This document shows positions 18,788 to 27,385 of a stretch of DNA of 64,000 nucleotides, one piece after another. The translations under genes and the position numbers were made by a program. The stretch's first letter is position 1. The number at the start of each line of letters is the position of its first letter. Source of the stretch: a virus (taxonomy: Duplodnaviria; Caudoviricetes); the IMG/VR virus record IMGVR_UViG_3300036762_000188; one strand, given 5' to 3'. The notes beneath the pieces are model-generated. The model made no database searches. It saw only the letters and a list, made by a program, of their open reading frames with translations, and was not told the DNA's origin.

Positions 18788-19215
18788 GTAGGGAACGTCG
18801 CGTAATCAGTTGATACAGAGCCCCAGCCGGCCTCCATATTAATAGCTATCTTAAGACTCTTAGCACTCTGTGAGAATAAGTCTTGATACATACCGGCTAG
18901 CTGTATGTAAAACTGGTAGCGCTCTTCTATAGGTACCGTTAAACCTCCGTCTGAGTAAGACATCTGGTTACGAGCTGCTAAGGCAGATTGCCCTAGAAAC
19001 AACTGCCATAAAGTACCGTATAATAGTACTGCCTTACTACGTAGTGTAGTCTCCGTATCGCTAGTTAACGGTGGAGTATTGTTGTAAGAATCCAGTGCCA
19101 TACTCTTAGCCAGGTCTATACGGGCGTCTGAGAATTCTACACCATCCAGTAGATGGTTATCATCTACAGAGTCTGCTATATAAGTCCTTACTTCCTCTGC
19201 TGTTAAACTAGCCAT
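18781..19215 (-). CDS. Putative head-tail adaptor
   Basis: EEVRTYIAD, FSDARI, YSDGG; downstream of the capsid gene. Confidence 0.5.
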   Translation of the reverse strand: MASLTAEEVRTYIADSVDDNHLLDGVEFSDARIDLAKSMALDSYNNTPPLTSDTETTLRSKAVLLYGTLWQLFLGQSALAARNQMSYSDGGLTVPIEERYQFYIQLAGMYQDLFSQSAKSLKIAINMEAGWGSVSTDYATFPTW

Positions 19216-19218
19216 AGA

Positions 19219-19716
19219 TTACCCCTTGAATTCAGCTATCATAACGGCTTTAGACTTACGACGGTCTAGCTCTACACCTTTTGATCTTGCGTAGGCTTCG
19301 ATCTCGATTTTAGACATACTCTCCAGATCAACTTCATCAGTAGACTCAGAACTATCAGTATCAGTACCGTCTTCCACCATAATCTCAGCGATTTCATTAG
19401 TATCTTCGATAAGCTCTGCTTCAGGCTCTGCCAATTCTGCTTCATCTGATTCACCTGCTTCACCTGCCAGTTCTGCTTCACCTGCCAGTTCTGCTTCAGG
19501 CTCTGCCAGTTCTGCTTCATCTGCGACACCTTTAAGTTCGAATACTTCTGGTATAATGCGTAAAGTCTTAATCTTATCTCCTCTACTATAAATATCTCCA
19601 TTAGGTGATATCATATCATCAAGCAGGGCTTTGGCCATTGTAGCTTCTAAGCGAGTCATGACACCTTCTGCCACACTATCAATAACCCATAGGTCAAATG
19701 TATCTCTAGTAATCAT
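19219..19716 (-). CDS. Acidic low-complexity protein with C-terminal HeH/SAP/Rho-N-like helical motif
   Basis: EAELA(EP/G) repeats; DLESMSKIEIEAYARSKGVELDRRKSKAVMI. Confidence 0.55.
   Translation of the reverse strand: MITRDTFDLWVIDSVAEGVMTRLEATMAKALLDDMISPNGDIYSRGDKIKTLRIIPEVFELKGVADEAELAEPEAELAGEAELAGEAGESDEAELAEPEAELIEDTNEIAEIMVEDGTDTDSSESTDEVDLESMSKIEIEAYARSKGVELDRRKSKAVMIAEFKG
19414..19524 (-). repeat. Imperfect 18-21 bp coding tandem repeat (EAELAG/EAELAEP)
   Basis: Repeated CTGCCAGTTCTGCTTCA units. Confidence 0.8.
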
Positions 19717-19739
19717 ATACTACTCCTTTGTGTATACTT

Positions 19740-19746
19740 TATTTTA
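19740..19746 (-). promoter_or_regulatory. Class B promoter motif TAAAATA
   Basis: About 24 nt upstream of 19716, just past the capsid terminator. Confidence 0.6.
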
Positions 19747-19752
19747 GGTAAT

Positions 19753-19778
19753 AAAAAAGGGTCCCTAAGGACCCTTTT
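19753..19778 (-). terminator. Intrinsic terminator after the major capsid gene
   Basis: AAAAGGGTCC/GGACCCTTTT stem with T runs. Confidence 0.8.
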
Positions 19779-19783
19779 ATTTA

Positions 19784-20779
19784 TCAGCTCAATCGAGGGC
19801 TGATCTTACCGATCACGAAGGCTTTCGTGTTACCGATACCTACGCCTACTGCCTCATAAGTACGGAAGCTAATCATATCAGCTTCAGCCTTCAAGAACAC
19901 AGTCGGTTCTTGTAGAGAGTAGAATTGGCCCAGATACTCTTCCGGAGCAAACGCAACAACTAGGTTACCCTTGTTAGTACGTGACACTGCGGTGCCATCC
20001 AAGAAGTCACTTGACAAGATGTCAGACTTGTTAGAGGTCACGATGTCTAGCCCGTAGAAACCTTCCATGCTACCAGTATCAAAGTGGCGAGCTGCAGTAG
20101 CATCACCAAGCTGAGTAGCTGGTTCACGTAGGATGGCTAGGTACAATTGATGAGACATCAATACCTTACCAGGCTTCTGGAAGTCATCTACCAGGAACTG
20201 AACTAGCTGCATTACTTTATCAGTAACGCGAGTACCAGTCAAAGACAGATCAGTTAGATAAGGCTTCTGTGCAGTTTCCAGAGGGAAATCACCGCTAGCA
20301 CCAGTGTTACGTGCATTAAAGATTGAACCTAGAGCAGACACGAAGTTACTGTCTTCTGCTTTCTGAATATCCTTAACGCTGTTCTCTTGCAGGATCTGAC
20401 GGATGTCAGTCTTGTAAGTAGCTAGCTCGAACTTAGACTTAGTGAATTCAGCAGATTCAATCTTACTGAAACCTACTTCATAACGAGTACCTTTGAAGTA
20501 GCGCAGTTCGCTCTTACCGCTCAAGTCGATAGTAGCAGCTACTGAGTCAGGTTCTTTCTCGATGATAACACGAGGTTGATCATCAAGACCGCGGTCTAGA
20601 TCGCTAGAGTTAACCATTACAGGAGTGAAGATTTTACGAGTAAAACCGTCTTCACGTAATTTTTGACGTACGAATGCAGACATAGCCGCAGACGCTTCTT
20701 TAGTCATGCCTTTATCGATCTTGTCGATGAAAGCTGAGTTCATGTATTGAACATTGACTGTTTCAGTGTTGTAATCCAT
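19784..20779 (-). CDS. Major capsid protein (HK97-like fold, putative)
   Basis: 331 aa, follows protease, scaffold and decoration genes, followed by a terminator; KLREDGFTRKI, C-terminal YEAVGVGIGN; N-terminal TKEAS. Confidence 0.75.
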   Translation of the reverse strand: MDYNTETVNVQYMNSAFIDKIDKGMTKEASAAMSAFVRQKLREDGFTRKIFTPVMVNSSDLDRGLDDQPRVIIEKEPDSVAATIDLSGKSELRYFKGTRYEVGFSKIESAEFTKSKFELATYKTDIRQILQENSVKDIQKAEDSNFVSALGSIFNARNTGASGDFPLETAQKPYLTDLSLTGTRVTDKVMQLVQFLVDDFQKPGKVLMSHQLYLAILREPATQLGDATAARHFDTGSMEGFYGLDIVTSNKSDILSSDFLDGTAVSRTNKGNLVVAFAPEEYLGQFYSLQEPTVFLKAEADMISFRTYEAVGVGIGNTKAFVIGKISPRLS

Positions 20780-20789
20780 TATTTACCCC

Positions 20790-21281
20790 TTAACGTACAA
20801 CGATGGTAGCTGATTTAGCTGCAGTACCGTCAGCTAAAAATACATCGCTAACATCAGTACAGAAACCACGCTTGACAGTAAGAGTACCGTCTACAGCAGC
20901 CCATTTGCCATTAGCGCTAACGCCTACAGCAGTTCCTTTTACAGGGATAGCAGCACCTACAGTAGCGCCTGTTTCGATGTTAGTAGTACGAACTACATAG
21001 TTACCGAATAGTACGATAGCAGGAGTGGCAGTTCCGCCTGTGCCTACGCTGTTAGTACGACGATCGCGGGGACCGCGAGCAACGATACCGATTTCTACAG
21101 CATCAGTAGTAGCGCCAGCAATGGCAATACCATCAGACGCCAGTACTACCAAATCGCCATTACCAGCCTGGGCCGCACCGTATGAAGCACTAACTGGAAG
21201 ATTCATCTCCAGAGTAGGCTCCGCTACTGGCCAACCACGTTGGAATTCAGCGACGTATTCCATAGTGTTTACTTGTGACAT
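20790..21281 (-). CDS. Putative capsid decoration/cement protein
   Basis: Gly/Ala/Thr-rich beta-type sequence directly upstream of the capsid gene. Confidence 0.55.
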   Translation of the reverse strand: MSQVNTMEYVAEFQRGWPVAEPTLEMNLPVSASYGAAQAGNGDLVVLASDGIAIAGATTDAVEIGIVARGPRDRRTNSVGTGGTATPAIVLFGNYVVRTTNIETGATVGAAIPVKGTAVGVSANGKWAAVDGTLTVKRGFCTDVSDVFLADGTAAKSATIVVR

Positions 21282-21302
21282 AATTGTCTAATCTCCGTTA
21301 AA

Positions 21303-21809
21303 TTAAGACATGCAGAATCTAAGCATTGGATCGCCGTCTGTATCCATTTTAGTAGAAGGACCACCGTATGATGGGACGTCCGCTGTAATGGTTCTGGCCA
21401 TCTTCTCTAGAAGTGAGGGATCTAGCTCCGCAAGTTTTTCAAGATCTTCCTCGCTGAAAGCATCTTTCAGGGCTTCTACTGAAGTTCTGCTAGAGGCTGA
21501 TTTAGTAAGGTTTTTAATCTCTACTTCTTTATCACTTAGTTTAACCTCTAAACCAGTGATGTGTGAAGCTACTTTAGTAAGAATATCACCCATACGGGCA
21601 TATTCTGATTGTAACTTAAGCTCGAGTTCTCTATTAGGCGAGACCTCTTCAGCAAGTTTTTCAAGCAGCTTGTCGGCTTCTTCTTCAGATACGCCTTCAG
21701 CTACCAGCTTGGCAGAGGCTGCTTTCTTAACCATCTGCCAATCGCCGTCAGAAGCTTTAGCCTCGAGTTCGCGAGCCTGACTTAGCAGTAACTCTACGAC
21801 TCTAGACAT
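21303..21809 (-). CDS. Putative scaffold/core protein
   Basis: Helical, charged, six K-x-A motifs. Confidence 0.5.
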   Translation of the reverse strand: MSRVVELLLSQARELEAKASDGDWQMVKKAASAKLVAEGVSEEEADKLLEKLAEEVSPNRELELKLQSEYARMGDILTKVASHITGLEVKLSDKEVEIKNLTKSASSRTSVEALKDAFSEEDLEKLAELDPSLLEKMARTITADVPSYGGPSTKMDTDGDPMLRFCMS

Positions 21810-21810
21810 A

Positions 21811-22713
21811 TTAACCTCGAGCTGCTTCGTTTACTAGCTGCAATGCTCTCTCTACATCAAGACCATCTTCTTCTACTAAAGTCTTTACAGCAGCTGCCTT
21901 CTCTAGATCGCTGTATTGTGGAGTAGTCATATACGCCACTGCGTCATCGAATGAATAGCCACTTTGTACGGCTTCTAGGATAGAGGCTGCTTTAATCATC
22001 TCGTTTTCAGCTAGCTCAGAAGCCTGCTTAACTAGAGCTACCGCATCTTCAAGATCGTAACCTTCAGCAGTCAAAGACTCGATGAAAGCACGCTTCTCAC
22101 GAGAAGCTAGAGCTGCACCAACACCGGTAGCAGCAGCTACGCCAGCAGCAATGCCTAGAGCTTTCTTATTTTTCTTAGCGAAGGCTTTGACCTTGTCCAT
22201 TTTACCCATAGGGGCAGCTTTAGGGGCAGCTTTAGGGGCCTGGTTAAATGCCTTGCCCGGAGTAGGAGTACGTTTACCCATAGCTGGAGTACGTTTACCC
22301 ATAGCAGCCTGTTTTACCATCTCTACCGCGTCATCGAATGAGTAGCCTGATTCCAATAGTTCACCAAGAGCCGCAGCTTTCTCGATAGTATCTTCAGTGT
22401 CTTCATCCATGTCTTCGTCTTCATCTACGCCTGCACGATCCATGATAGCCTTAGCGGTATCAGTAATAGTACCTACTAGAGGAGTATCTTCAATAGCGTC
22501 GTCAGCGTCAGCTACCATATCATCAGTTTCATCAATAACATTGTTAGCACGCTTAAGCATACCAATGATATTATCTGCTAAGGCTAGGCCTTTTTGGCTC
22601 ATAGTGTCGTCTCCGTCAGAGGCTTGTTTAGTTAAAGTTTGTTCAAGCTCGTTAGTTTGAGGGGCTGTTACGCCGGATACCTCATCTAACAGAGCGTCAA
22701 GGGGTGATTTCAT
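21811..22713 (-). CDS. Putative scaffold/internal head protein with repeated helical modules
   Basis: Eight K-x-A motifs, four L..(S/E)G(Y/L)...A repeats, AMGKRTP x2, one hydrophobic segment. Confidence 0.55.
   Translation of the reverse strand: MKSPLDALLDEVSGVTAPQTNELEQTLTKQASDGDDTMSQKGLALADNIIGMLKRANNVIDETDDMVADADDAIEDTPLVGTITDTAKAIMDRAGVDEDEDMDEDTEDTIEKAAALGELLESGYSFDDAVEMVKQAAMGKRTPAMGKRTPTPGKAFNQAPKAAPKAAPMGKMDKVKAFAKKNKKALGIAAGVAAATGVGAALASREKRAFIESLTAEGYDLEDAVALVKQASELAENEMIKAASILEAVQSGYSFDDAVAYMTTPQYSDLEKAAAVKTLVEEDGLDVERALQLVNEAARG
22265..22305 (-). repeat. 2 x 21-bp coding repeat (AMGKRTP); a PKAA x2 repeat lies nearby at about 22210-22240
   Basis: GGAGTACGTTTACCCATAGC repeated. 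Confidence 0.75.
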
Positions 22714-24071
22714 AATTTCTCCAAGTCCTTAGATAAGGATAAATCCATTAGCAGGACAGGTACATCTGCCACATACTTAGATTTTACAGCGAATTTAGTT
22801 AAAGCAGAAGATATATTCGATATCATCATTTTTGCTATAATGGCTCCACCTACTAATTGTAATAGAGAGCTACTACTTTTACGTACCCGAGATGAATCTA
22901 CAGGCTCCCTGCCAGGCTGCCAGTTAAGATAGCCGGAAGCTCTCTTCTCTACATATGGCATGGCGTAACTGCAGTGATCCATATAGCGCCATAAAGTTCT
23001 TACCAAGTATGGGTTAGGTTCATGATCTTCGATGTCAGGCACTAAATCTTTAGAAGATTCTGGTATGGCCGAGAGGCCTCTAGCAGATAACTCTGATAGT
23101 GCACTAGCAGCTACAGAGGACACATCACCGTCTACATACTTACTTACTAGTATTTTAAGCATAAATTCTAGTGATGGATTAATGCTTAAGTATCCTAGCG
23201 TAGATATTATATCCTCGAGAGAATATCCTTTAAGATCGTCTATCAGGCTATCATCTGGATCTTTAATATCCTTAAGTATACTCTGAAGAGTATCACTGAT
23301 ATCTACTATATCACCCGGAGAGTTCTTAATTAAATCTGAGAACTTCTCTATAGCCATCTTAGTTATATTAGAAGTACGTGGAGTGTACTCTACACCTTCT
23401 AACTCGGCCATCTCTGCGCTACCTATCTCTACACCTGCTACCTTCTGAAGTACAGAAGATGTTACATCAGCAGGACGCATTACGATAGATATATCGAAGA
23501 ACTTAAGAGGCCCGCTGTTAATAGCGTATACCCCACGGCCGTCACTAAGCACCTGCCTTAATTGAGTATTTAAGTGAGAACAATACTCCGAGCGACTATG
23601 GGCCTTATTACCACAGATAGAGCATACGTCGAATGGAGTGTGGCAGGCCATAGAGGTCTGAGGATACTCCCCGCGCACGATAGCTAGGTATTCAGGTGCC
23701 GCACGCTCACGATCAAGTTCGGCTATAAGTTCTACTCGGTGCATACGCTCGTTATAATACGAGTATATCACACGGCCTATGGCTATCTCAGGATTCTTAT
23801 TAATGTGATGCCTGTACACATGGGCAGGGGTGGTCTCGAAGGTCTTGTGCCAAGCCTTAAGATTTTCCTCCGGGAAATAATCGCCGTTACGATTATTCCC
23901 GTAGTACTCCCCTGCGCCCATAGCGTTAATATGCAGGTAGAACTTATTCTTATCCGGAGTGATACTAGAGATGAAATCAGCTACCTCGCTGGCAGTAGCC
24001 CTCTTCTCTAGTGAGAAGTCGATCATACCGCCCACATCGTCGTATTCGAAGTGTCTTAGTAGCTTATCCAT
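22710..24071 (-). CDS. Prohead maturation protease (HK97/assemblin-like fold) with Zn-ribbon insertion
   Basis: HH..NP..AIGRV, RVEL, TSMAC..FDVCSICGN..YCSHL, FFDISIV..PAD; position upstream of scaffold and capsid genes. Confidence 0.7.
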   Translation of the reverse strand: MDKLLRHFEYDDVGGMIDFSLEKRATASEVADFISSITPDKNKFYLHINAMGAGEYYGNNRNGDYFPEENLKAWHKTFETTPAHVYRHHINKNPEIAIGRVIYSYYNERMHRVELIAELDRERAAPEYLAIVRGEYPQTSMACHTPFDVCSICGNKAHSRSEYCSHLNTQLRQVLSDGRGVYAINSGPLKFFDISIVMRPADVTSSVLQKVAGVEIGSAEMAELEGVEYTPRTSNITKMAIEKFSDLIKNSPGDIVDISDTLQSILKDIKDPDDSLIDDLKGYSLEDIISTLGYLSINPSLEFMLKILVSKYVDGDVSSVAASALSELSARGLSAIPESSKDLVPDIEDHEPNPYLVRTLWRYMDHCSYAMPYVEKRASGYLNWQPGREPVDSSRVRKSSSSLLQLVGGAIIAKMMISNISSALTKFAVKSKYVADVPVLLMDLSLSKDLEKL

Positions 24072-24448
24072 TACATATCCCTGATTATCGCGTCTGCGTC
24101 GTCTTCAGTTAAACCGGCTTCTAGTAAAGCTGCTTTTTGAGGACTAAACACCTTCTTAATAGTACCTACACCAGCACCTATAACACCGCCGGATAGACCA
24201 CCTTGTATGGCACCGCCTAGAGCTCCTAGGGCGGTTCCACCTGCAGCAACTCCTAGGGTGGCCCCTCCAAATCCCATCCTATGTGCCATTATACCAGCTA
24301 GCAAGCCAGCGCCTGCACCACCTAGCCCAGCACCAATCTTAGCACCTTTCTTAACACCTGCCTTAGTGTCTTCCCATACGGTCGCCTGCTTAATTAACGC
24401 ATTAGCGTCAGCTTCAGTAAGGCCTAACTCTAATAATTCGTCTTTCAT
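24071..24448 (-). CDS. Glycine-zipper-like hydrophobic head protein
   Basis: GxxxG-rich core flanked by duplicated LLExGLTExDAxAxI ends and K-x-A sites. Confidence 0.55.
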   Translation of the reverse strand: MKDELLELGLTEADANALIKQATVWEDTKAGVKKGAKIGAGLGGAGAGLLAGIMAHRMGFGGATLGVAAGGTALGALGGAIQGGLSGGVIGAGVGTIKKVFSPQKAALLEAGLTEDDADAIIRDM

Positions 24449-25293
24449 CCTAGTCTCTCTCTTATTTTCAAAGCTATATCATCCATTTGTCCCGCGTCTT
24501 CATTATGACCACCGGCACGTAAAGAGCTGGCTAATTCACATGCAGCTCGATAAGTAGCCTTAGTCAGACCTACGCCTAGACCTAAGGTACCGCCTGCAGC
24601 GTAGCCGAGGGCCTTACCTGAAACACCGCCTACCATAACACCACCTGCCACACCAGCAAGAGCAGTACCTATACCAGGTATGGGATCCCTTACATTAATA
24701 CCGGCTCTTTCTCCTACAGCTAGAGCCGTACCAGCGCCAATCAGACTACCAACACGTCTACCTGCTACCTCGCCGATAGCACCCCCGGCAGATGCTCCAC
24801 CGCGGATATCGTCCCATACACCGGCCTTTTTCTTCATACCGGATACACGGGCCTTCTCTACAAGGGTACCTACTACTGATCCTAATGCAGCACCGGCTAC
24901 CATGTTGCGTACACCTAACTTGTGGGTGCGAGAGTTAAACTTAGGTATCTTCCTTTTTAAAGAGCTTTGTAATGCATCTCGGAGTTTATTATTCTGATGG
25001 ATGCGTAGACCGTAATCCGCCCCGGCTATAATAGCGCCACCCACAGCGCCTCTAGCAGCCTCGCCCTTTAGATTAGAGGGGCGAGTATTATGGGTAGCCT
25101 TGCGTTGCTTGCCTACCTTATATGCTCCGTATGCAGCAGCGCCTACGCCTAGGGCGCCGGCGGCGGTGGCGGCACCTTTAAGGCCTCCTGTAACTTTTTT
25201 ACGTCGGGCAGCTTTGATCTTATCCATATGATGGACTATAGCACTTGCGTTATGCAGGCTACGGTCCTTCATATAATTATGGTATACGGACAT
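24445..25293 (-). CDS. Basic, glycine-zipper-rich head protein
   Basis: Multiple Gly/Ala hydrophobic segments; KKAGVWDDI module. Confidence 0.55.
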   Translation of the reverse strand: MSVYHNYMKDRSLHNASAIVHHMDKIKAARRKKVTGGLKGAATAAGALGVGAAAYGAYKVGKQRKATHNTRPSNLKGEAARGAVGGAIIAGADYGLRIHQNNKLRDALQSSLKRKIPKFNSRTHKLGVRNMVAGAALGSVVGTLVEKARVSGMKKKAGVWDDIRGGASAGGAIGEVAGRRVGSLIGAGTALAVGERAGINVRDPIPGIGTALAGVAGGVMVGGVSGKALGYAAGGTLGLGVGLTKATYRAACELASSLRAGGHNEDAGQMDDIALKIRERLG

Positions 25294-25297
25294 GGTA

Positions 25298-25909
25298 TCA
25301 CTTCAGCAACTTAGCTGCCACAGAAGGGTTATTATCTAAGTAACGTTTTTCTAAGTCAGTTACTGCGCGCATAGTCTCTACGTCCATAGATTCACCGCGA
25401 ACACTGTGTGTTAGAACGTTGGCTAGGATGTTAGGGTCCTGAGCTATGTTAGGGCCGTAGCGGTAGATGGTATCCGCGAAGCTCTTAACCTTCTCATAAT
25501 CTTCCTGCTGTAGAATAACGTTACGTTCTATAACAGTTTTAAGAGTACGCTCGAACTTAAGGCGATCAGCTGCGTTACCCACTGCTTTAATAGCTTTACT
25601 CATGGCTATAGCAGATAGCCCTACTAGGGCCGTGGCACCTGCGGCACCTAAAGCTTTAGCTGCAGAGCCGGAAACGTTCTGCCCGAAAGTATCTTGGTGC
25701 AGTATTCTATTGCCATCACGATTTAGTACCGGGGAGCCTACGGGATGATCCCATACTCCAGTAAAAGCGTCTGTCCAGTCTGCTAACTTCTCCATATCCA
25801 CACCTTCTAGAAGTGCTTCCATCTCTAATGAAGCTGACTTGATAAGATCAGCTTTCTCCGGGATGTCTTCGATGGTATTCTCTAGCATTTCTTTAAATTG
25901 TTCTATCAT
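25298..25909 (-). CDS. Putative internal head protein
   Basis: IKSAS, EKLAD and one hydrophobic segment. Confidence 0.55.
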   Translation of the reverse strand: MIEQFKEMLENTIEDIPEKADLIKSASLEMEALLEGVDMEKLADWTDAFTGVWDHPVGSPVLNRDGNRILHQDTFGQNVSGSAAKALGAAGATALVGLSAIAMSKAIKAVGNAADRLKFERTLKTVIERNVILQQEDYEKVKSFADTIYRYGPNIAQDPNILANVLTHSVRGESMDVETMRAVTDLEKRYLDNNPSVAAKLLK

Positions 25910-25910
25910 A

Positions 25911-26750
25911 TTAACCTCGTAGGTCTGACCAGGGATTGTAATTCTTCTTAGCTCTATTACGTACTTCAGACGCCATACCAGCAGCCTCTACCATACCGAC
26001 TCCTTTCTTAAGCTTGCTCACACCCTTGACTTTACCGAGTTTTGAGCCCATTTTAGATCCTGCGCTGGCAAGCATAGACGCTCCTCTTACCAGTAAAGGT
26101 GCCATGGCTTTCTTAAGAAATTCGTCCGCTCTATTTAAAGTAGCCTTACGGGAACTTAATGTAGCGTCTATTTCAGCTAGTTTTTCTAAGTTATCTGAAA
26201 GATATTTTACGTCAAGCAGAGCACTAGGGGCTAGTTTACGATGATCAGAAGCCTCTTTTTTAAAGAACTCGCGTACAGTATCATAGTGTTGTACTGCTAC
26301 ATCAAAATCATCTCTCTTAGCTATACGAGATGAATCACTAGCTATCTTAGTCATTATAGAGTCTCGAGTCACCGATAGTTCCTCTATCTCTCTGCGGCAT
26401 GCCTGAGCCTCGCGATATATATCTGATGCCCGTACCTCATCAGAATGCTCTGCTACCTTCTCCATGTCATACGAGAACATATCTCGTATAGAGACTGACG
26501 CAGCCTTTTCTATCTCTGACGGTACCGCGATAGATCCCATGACAGTATCATAATCTGCTAGTGGAAATTCTATGGTACGATCGCCCTTAGTCATCCTAGA
26601 TAAGTAGGCTAGTTTATTAGTAGCCTCGATTAGGCGTTTAATAAAGTCTGAAGATAAGTCCTCGCGTAAGGATATTTCTAATACAGCAGCATTTAAATCT
26701 TCTTTGGCAGCAGCTTCCACTGCCAGCATGGTTATTTCGTCTTGGTTCAT
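25911..26750 (-). CDS. Putative internal head/core protein
   Basis: IKRLIEATNK; six K-x-A motifs. Confidence 0.55.
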   Translation of the reverse strand: MNQDEITMLAVEAAAKEDLNAAVLEISLREDLSSDFIKRLIEATNKLAYLSRMTKGDRTIEFPLADYDTVMGSIAVPSEIEKAASVSIRDMFSYDMEKVAEHSDEVRASDIYREAQACRREIEELSVTRDSIMTKIASDSSRIAKRDDFDVAVQHYDTVREFFKKEASDHRKLAPSALLDVKYLSDNLEKLAEIDATLSSRKATLNRADEFLKKAMAPLLVRGASMLASAGSKMGSKLGKVKGVSKLKKGVGMVEAAGMASEVRNRAKKNYNPWSDLRG

Positions 26751-27385
26751 GTTAGGTCCTCTATAGACATTATATTTGAATTGGACTCGGTTATCTTCTC
26801 AAGTTCTAGTAGAAGCTGTTCCTCTGCTTCATCCACTTCAGGCTCTATATCAGTAAGTTGTTTAATAAGTGCAGAAGCGTGTTTAGACCAGTGACGGGCC
26901 TCTTTAGAAGCGTCCGCGGTATTACCATTAAAAAACGCCTCTCTACTACGATACACCGCATCGGCGCATAACTGTGCTAGAATAGACGTTTTATCATAGT
27001 CAGGCAACAGACCCATACGCCATGTGACGAAGGGCAGGCCTGCTGATAGGGCCCACTTCTTCATCTGTAACTCCGAAGGATCTCCTATAGTGGCTATATG
27101 AGCCACTACATGTATCCTAGAGAGATCGTGCACCGAGTAGTACAGGTCGTGATACAATTGGATTACCTCTAAAGGTAGTCCCATCAGGTCGGATATAGCG
27201 TCTAAGTCCTTAGTGGCTATCAAAGATGCTTCCACGTAGGTCTTGACTAACTTGTCCCTACCCAGGTTTGTGACTTCTTCTACCAACTCTTTAGGTATAG
27301 TACCGTCTAGTATATCATCCACTAAAGGATCCTTACCTTCAATACTTCTAGAGAGTAACCAAGATCTATATCCGACGCTACTCAT
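26747..27385 (-). CDS. Hypothetical late protein
   Basis: 212-aa ORF coupled to both neighbours. Confidence 0.65.
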   Translation of the reverse strand: MSSVGYRSWLLSRSIEGKDPLVDDILDGTIPKELVEEVTNLGRDKLVKTYVEASLIATKDLDAISDLMGLPLEVIQLYHDLYYSVHDLSRIHVVAHIATIGDPSELQMKKWALSAGLPFVTWRMGLLPDYDKTSILAQLCADAVYRSREAFFNGNTADASKEARHWSKHASALIKQLTDIEPEVDEAEEQLLLELEKITESNSNIMSIEDLT

